From positions 5,332,001-5,396,000 of the forward strand of contig JASTWF010000034.1 in NCBI GenBank assembly GCA_030390025.1: 64,000 bases of DNA. Reading direction: 5' to 3'. This DNA is from Squalus acanthias. Taxonomy: Eukaryota. Shown here piece by piece: positions 13,770 through 24,943 of the stretch. Within the stretch, counting starts at the first letter, position 1, and every line of letters begins with the position of its first letter. The notes below the pieces were generated by a model. It had not been told where the DNA came from. It saw only the letters and a program-made list of their open reading frames with translations, and made no database searches. Made by a program: the position numbers and the translations under genes.

Positions 13770-14550
13770 TAATTCCCTTCTCTTTCCTACAGCTCTGTAA
13801 TGTTTTTCATTCCGGTAGTTGTCTTTTTCCCTTTTGAAAGTTACTGTTGAATCTGCTTCCGCCATCCCTTCAGGCAGGGCAAACCAGATCACAACAACTC
13901 GCTGTTTAAAAAATGTGGCCTAACGTCACTTCTGGTTCTATTGCAATTACCTTAAATCTTGGTCCACTGGTTTTCGACCCTTCTGTCACTGCCAACAGTT
14001 TCTGGTTATATACAATATCAAACCATTCATGATTTTGAACACCTCTGTCAAATCCTCTCTTATCTTCCTCTGCTCGAAGGAGAACAACCCCAGCTTCTCC
14101 AGTCTATCCAGATAACTGAAGTCCCTCATCCCTGGTACCATTCTGGTAAATCTCCGCTTAGCCTTCTCTGCTCGAAGGAGAACAACCCCAACTGCACTAG
14201 TCTCTCCAGATAACAGAAGCCCCTCATCCCTGGCACCATTCTGGTAAATCTCCTCTTAGCCTTCTCTGATCTAAGGGGAACAACCCCAACTTCACCAGTC
14301 TCTCCAGATAACAGAAGCCCCTTATCCCTGGTACCATTCTGGTAAATCTCCTCTTAGCCTTCTCTGATCTAAGGGGAACAACCCCAGCTTCACCAGTCTC
14401 TCCAGATAACAGAAGCCCATCATCCCTGGTGCCATTCTGGTAAATCTGCTCCTAGCCTTCTCTGCTCGAAGGAGAACAATCCCAACTTCACCAGTCTCTC
14501 CAGATAACAGAAGCCCCTCATCCCTGGCACCATTCTGGTAAATCTCTTCT
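13770..14550 (-). mobile_element. CR1-clade LINE 3' fragment, a different copy or subfamily from copies 1-4
   Basis: The minus strand encodes RFTRMAPGMMGFCYLERLVKLGLFPLDQRRLRGDL, typical of the CR1 ORF2 C-terminus; LINE 3' sequence continues leftwards toward ~13770. Confidence 0.8.
14060..14550. repeat. 98-bp tandem repeat x5 within the CR1 fragment
   Basis: AACAAYCCC recurs at ~14083, 14181, 14279, 14377 and 14475. Confidence 0.9.
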
Positions 14551-14858
14551 GTTCTTTCTGCACTTTCATAATTAATTAAAATGAAACATTTATAAGGAAA
14601 AGCACGCACAGAATAAAAAAGGAGAGATAAATAAATACTCAGCAAGGTGTTTGGAAGGTGAAAATAACGGAAGATCTGAGTTTTATTATCGATCAGTGAG
14701 AGGAATGCATCGCTCTCTCGTGCTTGTGTGGGTCGATTTACTGATAAAGCTGGTTCATGGAGAGGAAGCTGCTTCATGGGTTGTAGAAGAAGCCGAGCCC
14801 CTGGGGCAAAGCCAACATCTGGCGCCCTACAACAGGCAGGGAGTGAGGATTGTGATAG

Positions 14859-14932
14859 GACCGGCTAGCTCAGTCACAAGAGAATGAACCTCTTATTCCC
14901 AGAGTCGTGGGATTTAAACCCCCCGTTGGGCG
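14859..14932 (+). pseudogene. tRNA-Lys(CTT)-like pseudogene, copy 1
   Basis: GACCGGCTAGCTCAGTC...CTCTTA...GTCGTGGG...CCCCCCGTTGGGCG aligns end to end with the vertebrate tRNA-Lys(CTT) sequence as I recall it (~80% by eye). Anticodon CTT is retained, the D-loop GG and T-loop TTCGA are mutated, there is no CCA, and T-runs follow. Confidence 0.8.
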
Positions 14933-16400
14933 GTTTGTGCTTTGAAATTTTAGGCTGATTTCACGGGCGATCTCCAGCTCTGAATTCCTGTGCAAAGAGT
15001 GCAAGCAGTGTTTGATATAAATGTGATTTAGCAGCAATATCTGGAAGTCTCTCTCTGATTGGGGACTCTTGCCAACATCTCGCTGCTTAAGATTGAAAGT
15101 TATTGAATTTCTGCTGCAGCTCGGGATCATTTCGCCTCAGAGGAACTTTGAGCCGTCTCTCCCTTCACAGCCCATCGGTGCCAAGAAATTGTACTGTGTA
15201 CAGAACTGGTCACCTTACCTAAGGACGGATATACTTACTTTGGAAAATTCATCAAATCGAAACGAATTCCAGGATTCATTAAAATAATCTGAACCGATCC
15301 GATATGAAACGATTATATAACATGTATAGAAAATGTTAAAACCCACGTTGAATTTTATTCATAGTCTTTGCGATGTGATTTCCATTACTGCGATTGGTGG
15401 TACCTCATTAAGCCACAGGTACACAGTGGAGAAACTATTTCCCTGTTCTGTATTACCTGACACTGAGCTGGCACTGTTCCAGCAGAAAGGGCACTCCCTG
15501 CAGTTCACTTAGTCATGGGTTTAAATCTTTGTCCATTTTTCCCCTAAATGAAGACTGAAGTTGAGATAAGTTCTCAGTCCCCTAGACATTACTTTTAAAC
15601 AGCAGATTTATGAGAAGCAGGAACTCTTTGCCCACTGCTGGGAATCGAATCATCATGACTGAGCCTGACTCTCGCATTTAAACAGGTCAGTTGTCCTGTC
15701 TTCGTGTGGTCAACATCTCTTAGAGTTGTCCAATCAGGGAGTTTAATGATTGAAGTGATGTTGATTGGATTATTGAATTGCTCTGCGTGTTCATCTTCAA
15801 TATCTTTATTTAAATAGATTCTGCTCTATTATAACCATGAGTGGAAATAAAGTCTCACGCTGCTGTGCCCACCTGACCGGCACTAATAGGATAATGTAAC
15901 CCGATATCTCAGTGCAGGTTTCCTTTGTGTGTAAATCAGGCTTCCAGTCAAGCGAGCAACAGCTGTTCCAACAACAACAGAACTCACCGTTTCTCACATA
16001 AAATGCGAGCAGATTTGGTCGTTATTAGGATTGAAGATGATTTCTACCTTATGCCGTCAACCTATGTGGTCAGTGAGTGTTTCTGGACAGTTCCTAACTG
16101 TGTAAATACGTATCCCACGGTATGACCGCTTCTCTCCTGCCTTTTGAGGTTTCAGCCCCATTGCTCTGAGCTGTTTCTTACACAGGCGGCTGTTTACTGT
16201 GCTCAGTGCTGAGAGAGTTGTGCTTTTACCTATTATTATTTATTCCAAGTGATCGCTTTATTCAGACGAAAATATTCATTGAAACTTCAACATCAGTAAT
16301 GTAACCGGGTTAATGATTGCATGCCACATATAATGATTTCTGAATCAGGCCGAGCGCTGGCATCATTTTCGGGTGAAAGTTTACTTTAAGAACATAAGAA

Positions 16401-17482
16401 TGTTAGATCAGAATTGGGACTTTTTCACAGGGGCCCACTTCTGACACCGGGACTAATTAAATTCCTAAGAGGTCACCCCTGCTCCGGGTTTTACACAGGG
16501 GCCCACCTCTGACACCGGGACTAATTAAAGTCCTAAGAGGTCACCCCTGCTCCCGGCATCCCAATTACTCACCAACGGGCCTAACTGTTACATCGAATTT
16601 GGAGCAAAACCAGACGGAGTCGGAACTGAAGACAAAGTAAAAGTTTATCAGAAACTAACCAGTAGGCTTTGTGCACAAAGGGAGAGAGGTTGATCTCCTC
16701 AGACTCGAACCCAACTCTCAAAGGAAAAACTACATACAAGCATTGATATACCTTTCGATATGCAACAACAACAGGTTACAAAAGTGGGCGTACACATACA
16801 AACAGCGTCGCTACCATTGCTCCCTTATTGTTTAATGATCAGTCACTCAATGTTGGAAGCCGCCCTGAAATGTTCTGTGACATTAAACATAACACATAAT
16901 TGTTATACATGGGGCCTTCATCTAGTCTCTGGGAGCGAGGTCTACCAGACTCCATCTTGTCTCTTAAACAAGGTCGTACCACGCTTATCTCTCCTTTCCC
17001 ATATTGTTGTATCTGACCAATACTTCAATAATTCTCGAGAGAAGATTATTATGATAAACAAGGTCTGCTCCAAAGGGAGATAAGGTGTTTGAGACCAAGA
17101 GAGAAATGGTGGACTCCCTGTACAGTTCAGTTTCCCTTGTCTCTTCAGAATGCCAACTACATATAAACACTGCTTCTGTAGCACTGATAACGACATTCTG
17201 AAATGCCTGGAAATCAGTGCTGTGGCACCAATAGTCTGGATTCTTGTTGTAAGCAGCGATTCTTGCAGTACTATTTAAAAAGGGTTAATATAATGGACAA
17301 AATAGTCCATCATGCTTTGCAACTATCTAAAAGCTATATGTACGTGTTGATATTTCCTATAAGTGAATTAACTATCCTTTAAACATGATTTCTAACATTA
17401 CTGCCCAACAGCCTTGGTTAATATATATTTAAAGACTAGGGGATATAGGTTTCGTTTCACAGGCCTAATTTGCGATCCCACA
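16401..17482. mobile_element. Solo LTR (1082 bp) of an ERV or LTR retrotransposon
   Basis: Begins TG (TGTTAGATC) and ends CA (GATCCCACA), giving imperfect inverted termini; flanked by a 4-bp AGAA duplication (16397-16400 and 17483-17486); absent from units 2-4. Confidence 0.8.
16426..16553. repeat. 68-bp-period direct repeat x2 inside the solo LTR
   Basis: CACAGGGGCCCACYTCTGACACCGGGACTAATTAAA.TCCTAAGAGGTCACCCCTGCTCC at 16426 and 16494. Confidence 0.9.
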
Positions 17483-18620
17483 AGAACTTAAGAAATAGGA
17501 GCAGGAGCAGGCCATTCGGCCCCTCGAGCCTGCTCCACCATTTAATGAGATCTCCACTAATCCGATTTTAGGCCTCAACTCCACTTTCCTACCTGTTCCC
17601 CATAACTTTTGACTCATCTGTTGCACAAAAATGTGTCTATCTCAGCCGTGAATATATTCAATGTCTCCGCTTCCACAGCTCACTGGGGTAAAGAATTCCA
17701 AAGATTCCCGACCCTGTGAGAGAAGAAATTCCTCCTTACCTCCATCTTAAATGGGCGACTTCTTATTCTGTGACTATGCCCTTTCGTTCTCGATTCCCCC
17801 AAGAGGGGAAACATCCTCTCAGCATCTACCCTGTCCAACCCCCTCAGAACCGTATATGTTTCAATAAGATCAACACTCAATCTTCTAAACTCCAACGACA
17901 ATAGGCCCAACCTGCTAAATCTTGCCTCATAAGACGACCCTTCCATCCCAAGAATCAACCTAGTGAATTATCTTTCAACTGCCTCAAATGCAAGTATATC
18001 CCTCCTTAAGTAAGGAGACCAAAACAGTACGCAGTACTCTAGGTGTGTCTCACCAGCGCCCTGTATAGTTGTAGCAAGACGTCCCTAATGTTATACTCTA
18101 TCCCTCTTGAAATAAAGGCCAACATGCCATTTTCGTTCCTAATTACTTGCTGTACCTGCATGTTAACTTGTTGTGTTTCATGTACGAAGATACCCAAATC
18201 CCCCTCTACCGCCGTATTCTGTAGTCTTTCTCTATTTAAATAATATTTTTCTTTTCTATTCTTCCTACCAAAGTGGATAACTTCACATTTACTCACATTA
18301 TAATCCATCTGCCAAATTGTTGGCCACTCACTTAAACTATCTAAATCCCTTTGCAGACACTTTATGTTTACCTCCCAACTTGCTTTCCCACCTATCTTTG
18401 TATTGATTGCAAATTTGGCTACAATACACTTGCTTCCTTCATCCAAATCATTAATATTGATTGGAAATATTTGAGTCTCCAGCACTGATCCCTGTGGCAT
18501 CCCACTACTTACAGATTGCCATCCTGAAAATGACCCATTTATACTGACTCTCTGTTTTCTATTAGTTAGCAAATTCTCTATTCAATCTCATATATTAGCC
18601 ACAACACATTGAGCTCTTAT
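17483..18620 (-). mobile_element. 5'-truncated CR1-clade LINE (~1.15 kb), unit 1; its tail continues at 16386-16400 beyond the LTR
   Basis: Minus-strand ORFs read RKQRVSINGSFSGWQSVSSGMPQGSVL...KFAINTK...KCEVIHFG and RLGLLSLEFRRL...RRNFFSHRVGNLWNSLP; tail repeat reads (AAGAACAT)n on the + strand. Confidence 0.92.
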
Positions 18621-18716
18621 AAGATTTGTTGGGTTTGATGATGTCACTTGTTCAGTTTCTGGGTCCTGTTTCAGATTCAGTGTGTTGGGTTTGGTCAGTC
18701 TCCGCTACTGGCTTAG

Positions 18717-18790
18717 GCCCGCCTCGCTGTGTCGCAAGAGCGTGAATCACTTAATTTCATAGTCGTGGCTTTTAAGCCCACAGTTGGGAT
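18717..18790 (+). pseudogene. tRNA-Lys-like pseudogene, copy 2
   Basis: GCCCGCCTCGCT...CACTTAATTTCA.AGTCGTGG...GTTGGG; homologous to copy 1 with the same downstream flank. Confidence 0.65.
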
Positions 18791-19060
18791 GTTTGAGCTT
18801 TGAATGTTTCGGCTGATTTCACAGGCAATCCCTAGATTAAAATTCCTGGGCAAAGAATTCAAGTTGTGTTTGATATAAAGGAGATTCAACAAAAGTATCA
18901 GGAAATCTCTCCCTGATTCGGGACGATCGCTCGAAACTCGCTGCTAATGATTGAACTTTCTTTCAATTCACCCGCAGCTCGGAATTAGTGCGGCTCACTG
19001 GAAATTCCGGCTGTCTCTCCCATCACAGCCTATCGGTGCCGAGAAAACATCGGAGAATTT

Positions 19061-19259
19061 GTACTGTGTACAGTTTTGTTCTCCTTACCTAAGGTAGGAT
19101 ACACTTCCTTTAGAGAGGATGCAACGAAGGTTCACTAGATTGATTCCTGGGACCAGAGAGCTGTCCACTGAGGAGTGATTAGTAAAATGAGAGTATGTGC
19201 TCTGGTGTTTAGAAGAGTTAGAGACAAACTCATTAAAACGTATAACATTCTTAGAGGGC
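19061..19259 (+). mobile_element. Short internal CR1 ORF2 C-terminal fragment (homologues at ~15191-15243, 22622-22822, 26515-26715)
   Basis: Reads YCVQF.SPYLR...MQRRFTRLIPG...KLIKTYNILRG (frameshifted). Confidence 0.8.
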
Positions 19260-19260
19260 A

Positions 19261-19314
19261 TCGACCTTCCAACTCAGAGGCGAGTGCGCTCCCACCTGAA
19301 CCACGGCAGACACT
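19261..19314 (-). mobile_element. 5' fragment of a tRNA-derived SINE (remnants also at ~22828-22872 and 26720-26765)
   Basis: Reverse complement GTGTCTGCCGTGGTTCAGGTGGGAGCGCACTCGCCTCTGAGTTGGAAGGTCG has an A-box-like TGGTTCAGGTGG tRNA head. Confidence 0.5.
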
Positions 19315-21037
19315 TGGCGATTCAGACAACCTCGTGGACTGTGGTCTCTTTGTCACTTTAGAATGTCTGCCCTCCTACCATTCCTGCTGTCGAGCTTTCC
19401 AGTTACTTTCAATTCTCTCGCCCCCATGGTTACACAGACTGACGCTACCAGACAGCACCTGTGTTGACAACGGTTCCCGACAGACTCTCGCGACCTCTTT
19501 ATCTGTAGCTTTCCGGACAGCCTGAATCACACTTTGGGGATTTGGTCAGGCTTCCCAGCAAGCCTTCTTGAACAGTCAGATTAACATTTCCTTTGTGGAA
19601 TTGATACTTTTAACCAAACTCAGCTCCTTTAGCAGGTCAGTAATCCAGTTTTCCAGCCAATCATTTAGTATCCTTAAAAGCGGTATTGAAATATCCAAAA
19701 TCCTTGTAGAGGAAGCGGATAGAAGAATCCAACAAATTACAAGCTTTGAGTCCAACATTGAGCAGATCCGCTGCAAACAAGGAACAAACCTGCACGGGGG
19801 AAACATAGACATCGCCCAACAGTTTAAATTCTCAAATAACCGACACTGCACTGTGTGTTAAATCTCTGCAATGAATATTGCGCTGCGTTCATGATGTTCA
19901 ATTTGCTGAAAATTCATCAAATCGAAAAGAATTACAGGAATCATTAAAAGAATCTAAACCCCTCCGATATTTAACGTTTATATAACATGTTTAGAAAAGT
20001 AGAAAACGCACGTTGCATTTTATTCATATTCATTACGATGTGATTTCCATTACTGCGATTTCTGGTACCTCTTTAAGCAACAGGTACACAGTGGAGAAAC
20101 TATTTCCCTGTTCTGTATTACCTGACACTGAGCTGGCACTGTTCCAGCAGAAAGGGAAGGCCCTACAGTTCACATGGTCATGGGTTTAAATGTTTCTGCA
20201 TTTTTCCCCTTCATGAAGTAAGTTCCCAGTCCCCGAGATATTACGTTTAAAAGCAGTATTTTGAGAAGAGGAACTTTTTGCCCACTGCTGGAAATCGAAT
20301 CTTCATGACTGAGCCTGACTCCCGCCGTTAAACAGGTCAGTTTTCCTGTCTTCGTGTGGTCAACATCTCTTAGAGTTGTCCAATCAGGGAGTTTGATGAT
20401 TGAAGTGATATTGATTGGATTATTGGATTGCTCTGCGTGTTCATCTTCAATATCTCTATTTAAATATATTCTGCTCTATTGTAACCATGAGTGGAAATAA
20501 AGTCTCACTCTGCCGTGCCCACCTGACCCGAACTAATAGGATAATGTAACCCGATATCTCAGTGCAGGTTTCCTTTGTGTGTAAATCAGGCTTCCAGTCA
20601 AGCGAGCAACAGCACCTCCAACAACAACAGAACTCACCGTTTCGCACAGAAAATGCGAGCAGATTTGGTCGTTATTAGGATTGAAGATGATTTCCACCTT
20701 ACGCCATCAACCTATGTGGTCAGTGAGTGTTTCTGGACATTTCCTAACTGTGTAAATATGTATCCCACGGTACGACCGCTTCTCTCCTGCCTTTTGAGGT
20801 TTCAGCCCCATTGTTCTGAGCTGCTTCTTACACAGGCGGCTGTTTACTGAGCACAGTGCTGAGAAAGATGTGCTTTTACCTTTTACTATTTATTCCACGT
20901 GTTTGCTTTATTCAGGCAAGAATATTCTTTGAAACTCCAACATCAGTAATGTAACCGAGTTAATGATTGCATCCCACATTTTATGATTTCTGAATCAGGC
21001 CGAGCGCTGGCATCATTTTCGGGTGAAGGTTTACTTT

Positions 21038-22181
21038 AAGAACATAAAAACTTACGAAATCAGAGCAGGAGCAGGACATTCTGCCCCTCGTGCCTGCTCC
21101 GCCATTTATTGAGATAATGGCTAATCCGATTTTGGCCTCAACTCCACTTTCCTGCCTGTTCCCCATAACCTTTGACTCCCCTGATGCTCAATTTTTTTTT
21201 CGATCTCAGCGTTGAACATATTCAATGAATCAGCTTCCACAGCTCTCTGGAATAAAGAATTACAAATTTTCACGACCCTCTGAGAGAGGAAATTCTTACT
21301 CATCTCCATCTTAAATGAGTGACCCCTTATTCTAAGACTACATCCCTTTGTTCTAGATTCTCCACGAGGGGAAATATCCTCTCAGCATCTACCCTGTCCA
21401 AACCACTCAGAATCTTATATGTTTCAATCACATCACCGCTCATTCTTCTAAACTCCAATGACAATAGGCCCAACCTGCTTAACCTTGCCTCATAAGACAA
21501 CCTTTCCATCTCAAGAAAAAACCTAGTGAATGATCTTTGAACTGCCTCCAATGCAAGTATATCCCTCCTTAAATAAGAAGACCAAAACTGTACGCAATAC
21601 TCGAGGTGTGGGCTCACCCGCGCCCTGTACAGTTGTAGTACGACGTTCCTGTTATACTGTATCCCCCTTGAAATAAAGGCCAACATGCCATTTTCCTTCC
21701 TAATTACTTGCTGCACCTGCATGTTAACTTTTTGTGTTTCATGTACGAGGATACCCAAATCCCTCTGTACCGCCACATTCTGAGGTCTTTCTCCATTAAA
21801 ATAATCTTTTTCTTTTCTATTCTTCCTACCAAAGTGGATAACTTCACATTTTTCCACATTATGCTCCTTTAGCCAAATTCTTGCCCGCTCACTTAAACTA
21901 TCTAAATCCCTTTGCAGACTCTTTATGTTTACCTCACAACTTGCTTTCCCAGGTATCTTTGTATTGATTGCAAATTTGGCTACATTACACTCGCTTCCTT
22001 CATCCAAATCATTAATATAGATTGGAAATAGTTGATGCACCAGCACTGATCCCTGTGGCACTACACTAGTTGCAGATTGCCATCCTGAAAATGACCCATT
22101 TATCCTGATTCTCTTTTTTCTGTTAGTTAGCCAATTCTCTATTCAATATCATATATTAGCCACAACACCATGAGCTCTTAT
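21038..22181 (-). mobile_element. 5'-truncated CR1-clade LINE, unit 2
   Basis: 244-aa minus-strand ORF PQGSVL...YINDL...HLEYCVQFWS; same 5' truncation point (GAGCTCTTAT) as the other units. Confidence 0.92.
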
Positions 22182-22277
22182 TAGATTTGTTGGCTTAACT
22201 GATGGTCACTTGTTAATTTTTTCGTTCTGTGTCAGATTAAATGTGTTGGGTTTGATCTGTCTCCGCCACTGGTTGAG

Positions 22278-22351
22278 GCCTGCCTCGCTAAATCGCAAGA
22301 GCATGAATCACTTAATTTCAGAGTCGTGGGTTTTAAACCCACTGTTGTTCT
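22278..22351 (+). pseudogene. tRNA-Lys-like pseudogene, copy 3
   Basis: AGAGCATGAATCACTTAATTTCAGAGTCGTGGG core; same position within the unit. Confidence 0.6.
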
Positions 22352-24943
22352 GTTTGAGCTTTGATTGTTTCGGCTGATTTCACAGACGATCCCCAGATCC
22401 AAATTCCTGGGCAAAGAATTGAAGGTGTGTTTGATATAAATGAGATTCAACAACAGTATCAGGAAATCTCTCCCTGATCCGGGCCTTTCGCTCGAAACTC
22501 GCTGCTAATGATTGAACTTTATTTTAATTCACCCGCAGCTTGGAAATAGTGCGGCTCACTGGGACTTCTGGCTGTCTCTCCCATCACAACCTATCGATGC
22601 CGAGAAAACAACTGAGAATTTGTACCGTGTACAGTTTTGTTCTCCTTACCTAAGGTAGGATATACTTTCTTTAGAGAGGATGCAAAGAAGTTTCACTAGA
22701 GTGATTCCTGGGACGAGAGGGCTGTCCCATGAGGAGGGATTGAGTACAATGGGGCTATATTCTCAGGTGTTTAGGAGAATGAGATGCAAACTCATTGAAA
22801 CGTATGAAATTGTAGAGTGCTTGAACATTCTAATTCAGAGGCAAGTGAGCTCCCAGCTGAGGCACGGCAGACAGATGGTGCTTCAGACTACCTTTAAGTC
22901 AGTGGTGCAACTCGAAAATCAGAATGGACAATTATTCTGCTTTGGGAGACGAAGAGGTTCATTACATTTTGATGTGATCCTTGATGTTTTCCTTATCCCT
23001 CTTGATGCTCTCCGAACCTGCACTGCTTGTTAAATCTCTGAAATGAATAATGGGCTCCGTTCCTGATGTTCAATTTGATGAAAATTCATCAAATCGAAAA
23101 GAATTCCAGGAATCATTAAAATAATCTAAACCCCTCCGATATTTAACGGTTATATAACATGTTTAGAAAAGTTGTAAACCCACGTTGCATTTTATTCATC
23201 GTCTGCCGATCTGCTTGACTGTCTCGTGGGCTGTGGTCTCTTTGTCACCTCAGAATGGCTGCTCTGATACCATTCCTGCTGACAAAAACAAGCTTTCCAG
23301 TCACTTTCAATTATCTCTCCCCCACGGTCATACAGACTGATGCGACCAGACAGCGCCTGCTGTTGACAACGGTTCCCCACAGTCTCTCGAGGCCTCGTTA
23401 CCTCTAGCTTTCCAGATAGCCTGAATCACACAATTGGGAATCTGTTCAGGCTTCCCAGCATGACGTCTTGCACAGCCAGATTTACATTTCTTTGTTGGAA
23501 ATAATACATTTAACCAAACTCAGCTCGGTTAGCAGTTCAGTAATCCAGGTAATTCTTTAGTATCCTTAAAGCGGTATTGAAATGTCCAAAATCCTTCTAG
23601 TGGACGCGGATTGAAGAATATAAAAAATTACAAGCATCGAGTCCAACACTGAGCAGATCCACCTGGAACAAATTTCAAACCAGCACGGGTGAAACACAAA
23701 CATCGCCCAACAGTTTAAATTCTCAAATCGCCGAGCCTGCACTGCTTGTTAAATCTCTGAAATGAATATTGGGCTCCGTTCCTGTTGATCAATTTGCTGA
23801 AAATTCAACAAATCGAAAAGAATTCCAGGAATCATTAAAATAATCTAAACCCCTCCGATATTTAACGATTATATAACATGTTTAGAAAAGTTGTAAAACC
23901 ACGTTGCATTTTATTCATCGTCTTTGCGATGTGATTTCCAATACTGCGATTGGTGGCACCTCATTAAGCCACAGGTACACAGTGGAGAAACTATTTCCCT
24001 GTTCTGTATTACCTGACACTGAGCTGGCACTGTTCCAGCAGAAACGGCACTCCCTGCAGTTCACTTAGTCATGGGTTTAAATCTTTGTTCATCTTTCTCC
24101 TTAATGAAGACTGAAGTTGGGATAAGTTCTCAGTCCCCGTGACATTACTTTTAAACAGCAGATTTATGAGAAGCAGGAACTTTTTGCCCACTGTTGGGAA
24201 TCGAATCTTCATGACTGAGCCTGACTCCCGCAGTTAAACAGGTCAGTTGTCCTGTCTTCGTGTGATCAACATCTCTTAGAGTTGTCCAATCAGGGAGTTT
24301 GATGATTGAAGTGATGTTGATTGGATTATTAGATTGCTCTGCGTGTTGATCTTCAATATCTCTATTTAAATATATTCTGCTCTATTGTAACCATGAGTGG
24401 AAATAAAGTCTCGCTCTGCTGTGCTCACCTGATCGGTACTAATAGGTTAATGTAACCCGATATCTCAGTGCAGGTTTCCTTTGTGAGTAAATCAGGCTTC
24501 CAGTCAAGCGAGCAACAGCTGCTCCAACAACAACAGAACTCACCGTTTCTCACAGAAAATGCGAGCAGATTTGGTCGTTATTCGGATTGAAGATGATTTC
24601 TACCTTACGCCGTCAACCTATGTGGTCAGTGAGTATTTCTGGACAGTTCCTAACTGTGTAAATATGTATCCCACGGTATGACCGTTTCTCTCCTGCCTTT
24701 TGAGGTTTCAGCCCCATTGTTCTGAGCTGCTTCTTACAGAGGCGGCTGTTTACTGAGCTCAGTGCTGAAACAGTTGTGCTTTTACCTTTTACTATTTATT
24801 CCTTGTGATCGCTTTATTAAGACAAGAATATTCTTTGAAACTCCAACATCAGTAATGTAACCGGGTTAATAATTGCATCCCACATTTATTGTTTTCTGAA
24901 TCAGGCCGAGCGCTTGCATTCTTTTTGGGAGATGGGTAACTTT

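Noticed and set aside
15422..15462. CACAGTG heptamer in each unit as a V(D)J recombination signal
   Set aside because: There is no ACAAAAACC-like nonamer at 12 or 23 bp and no adjacent V/D/J-like coding segment.
15628..15700. Minus-strand B-box-like GATTCGATTCCC suggesting a third tRNA
   Set aside because: There is no A box at the proper distance and no cloverleaf.
15837..15899. Histone H2A/H4 gene (MSG start after CCAAT/TATA-like elements)
   Set aside because: The ORF ends after 20 codons with no histone similarity and no 3' stem-loop.
16125..16150. ACCGCTTCTCTCCTGCCTTTTG resembling the 5' end of U2 snRNA
   Set aside because: The similarity covers only ~20 nt with a gap; the branch-point recognition sequence GTGTAGTA and the rest of U2 are absent.
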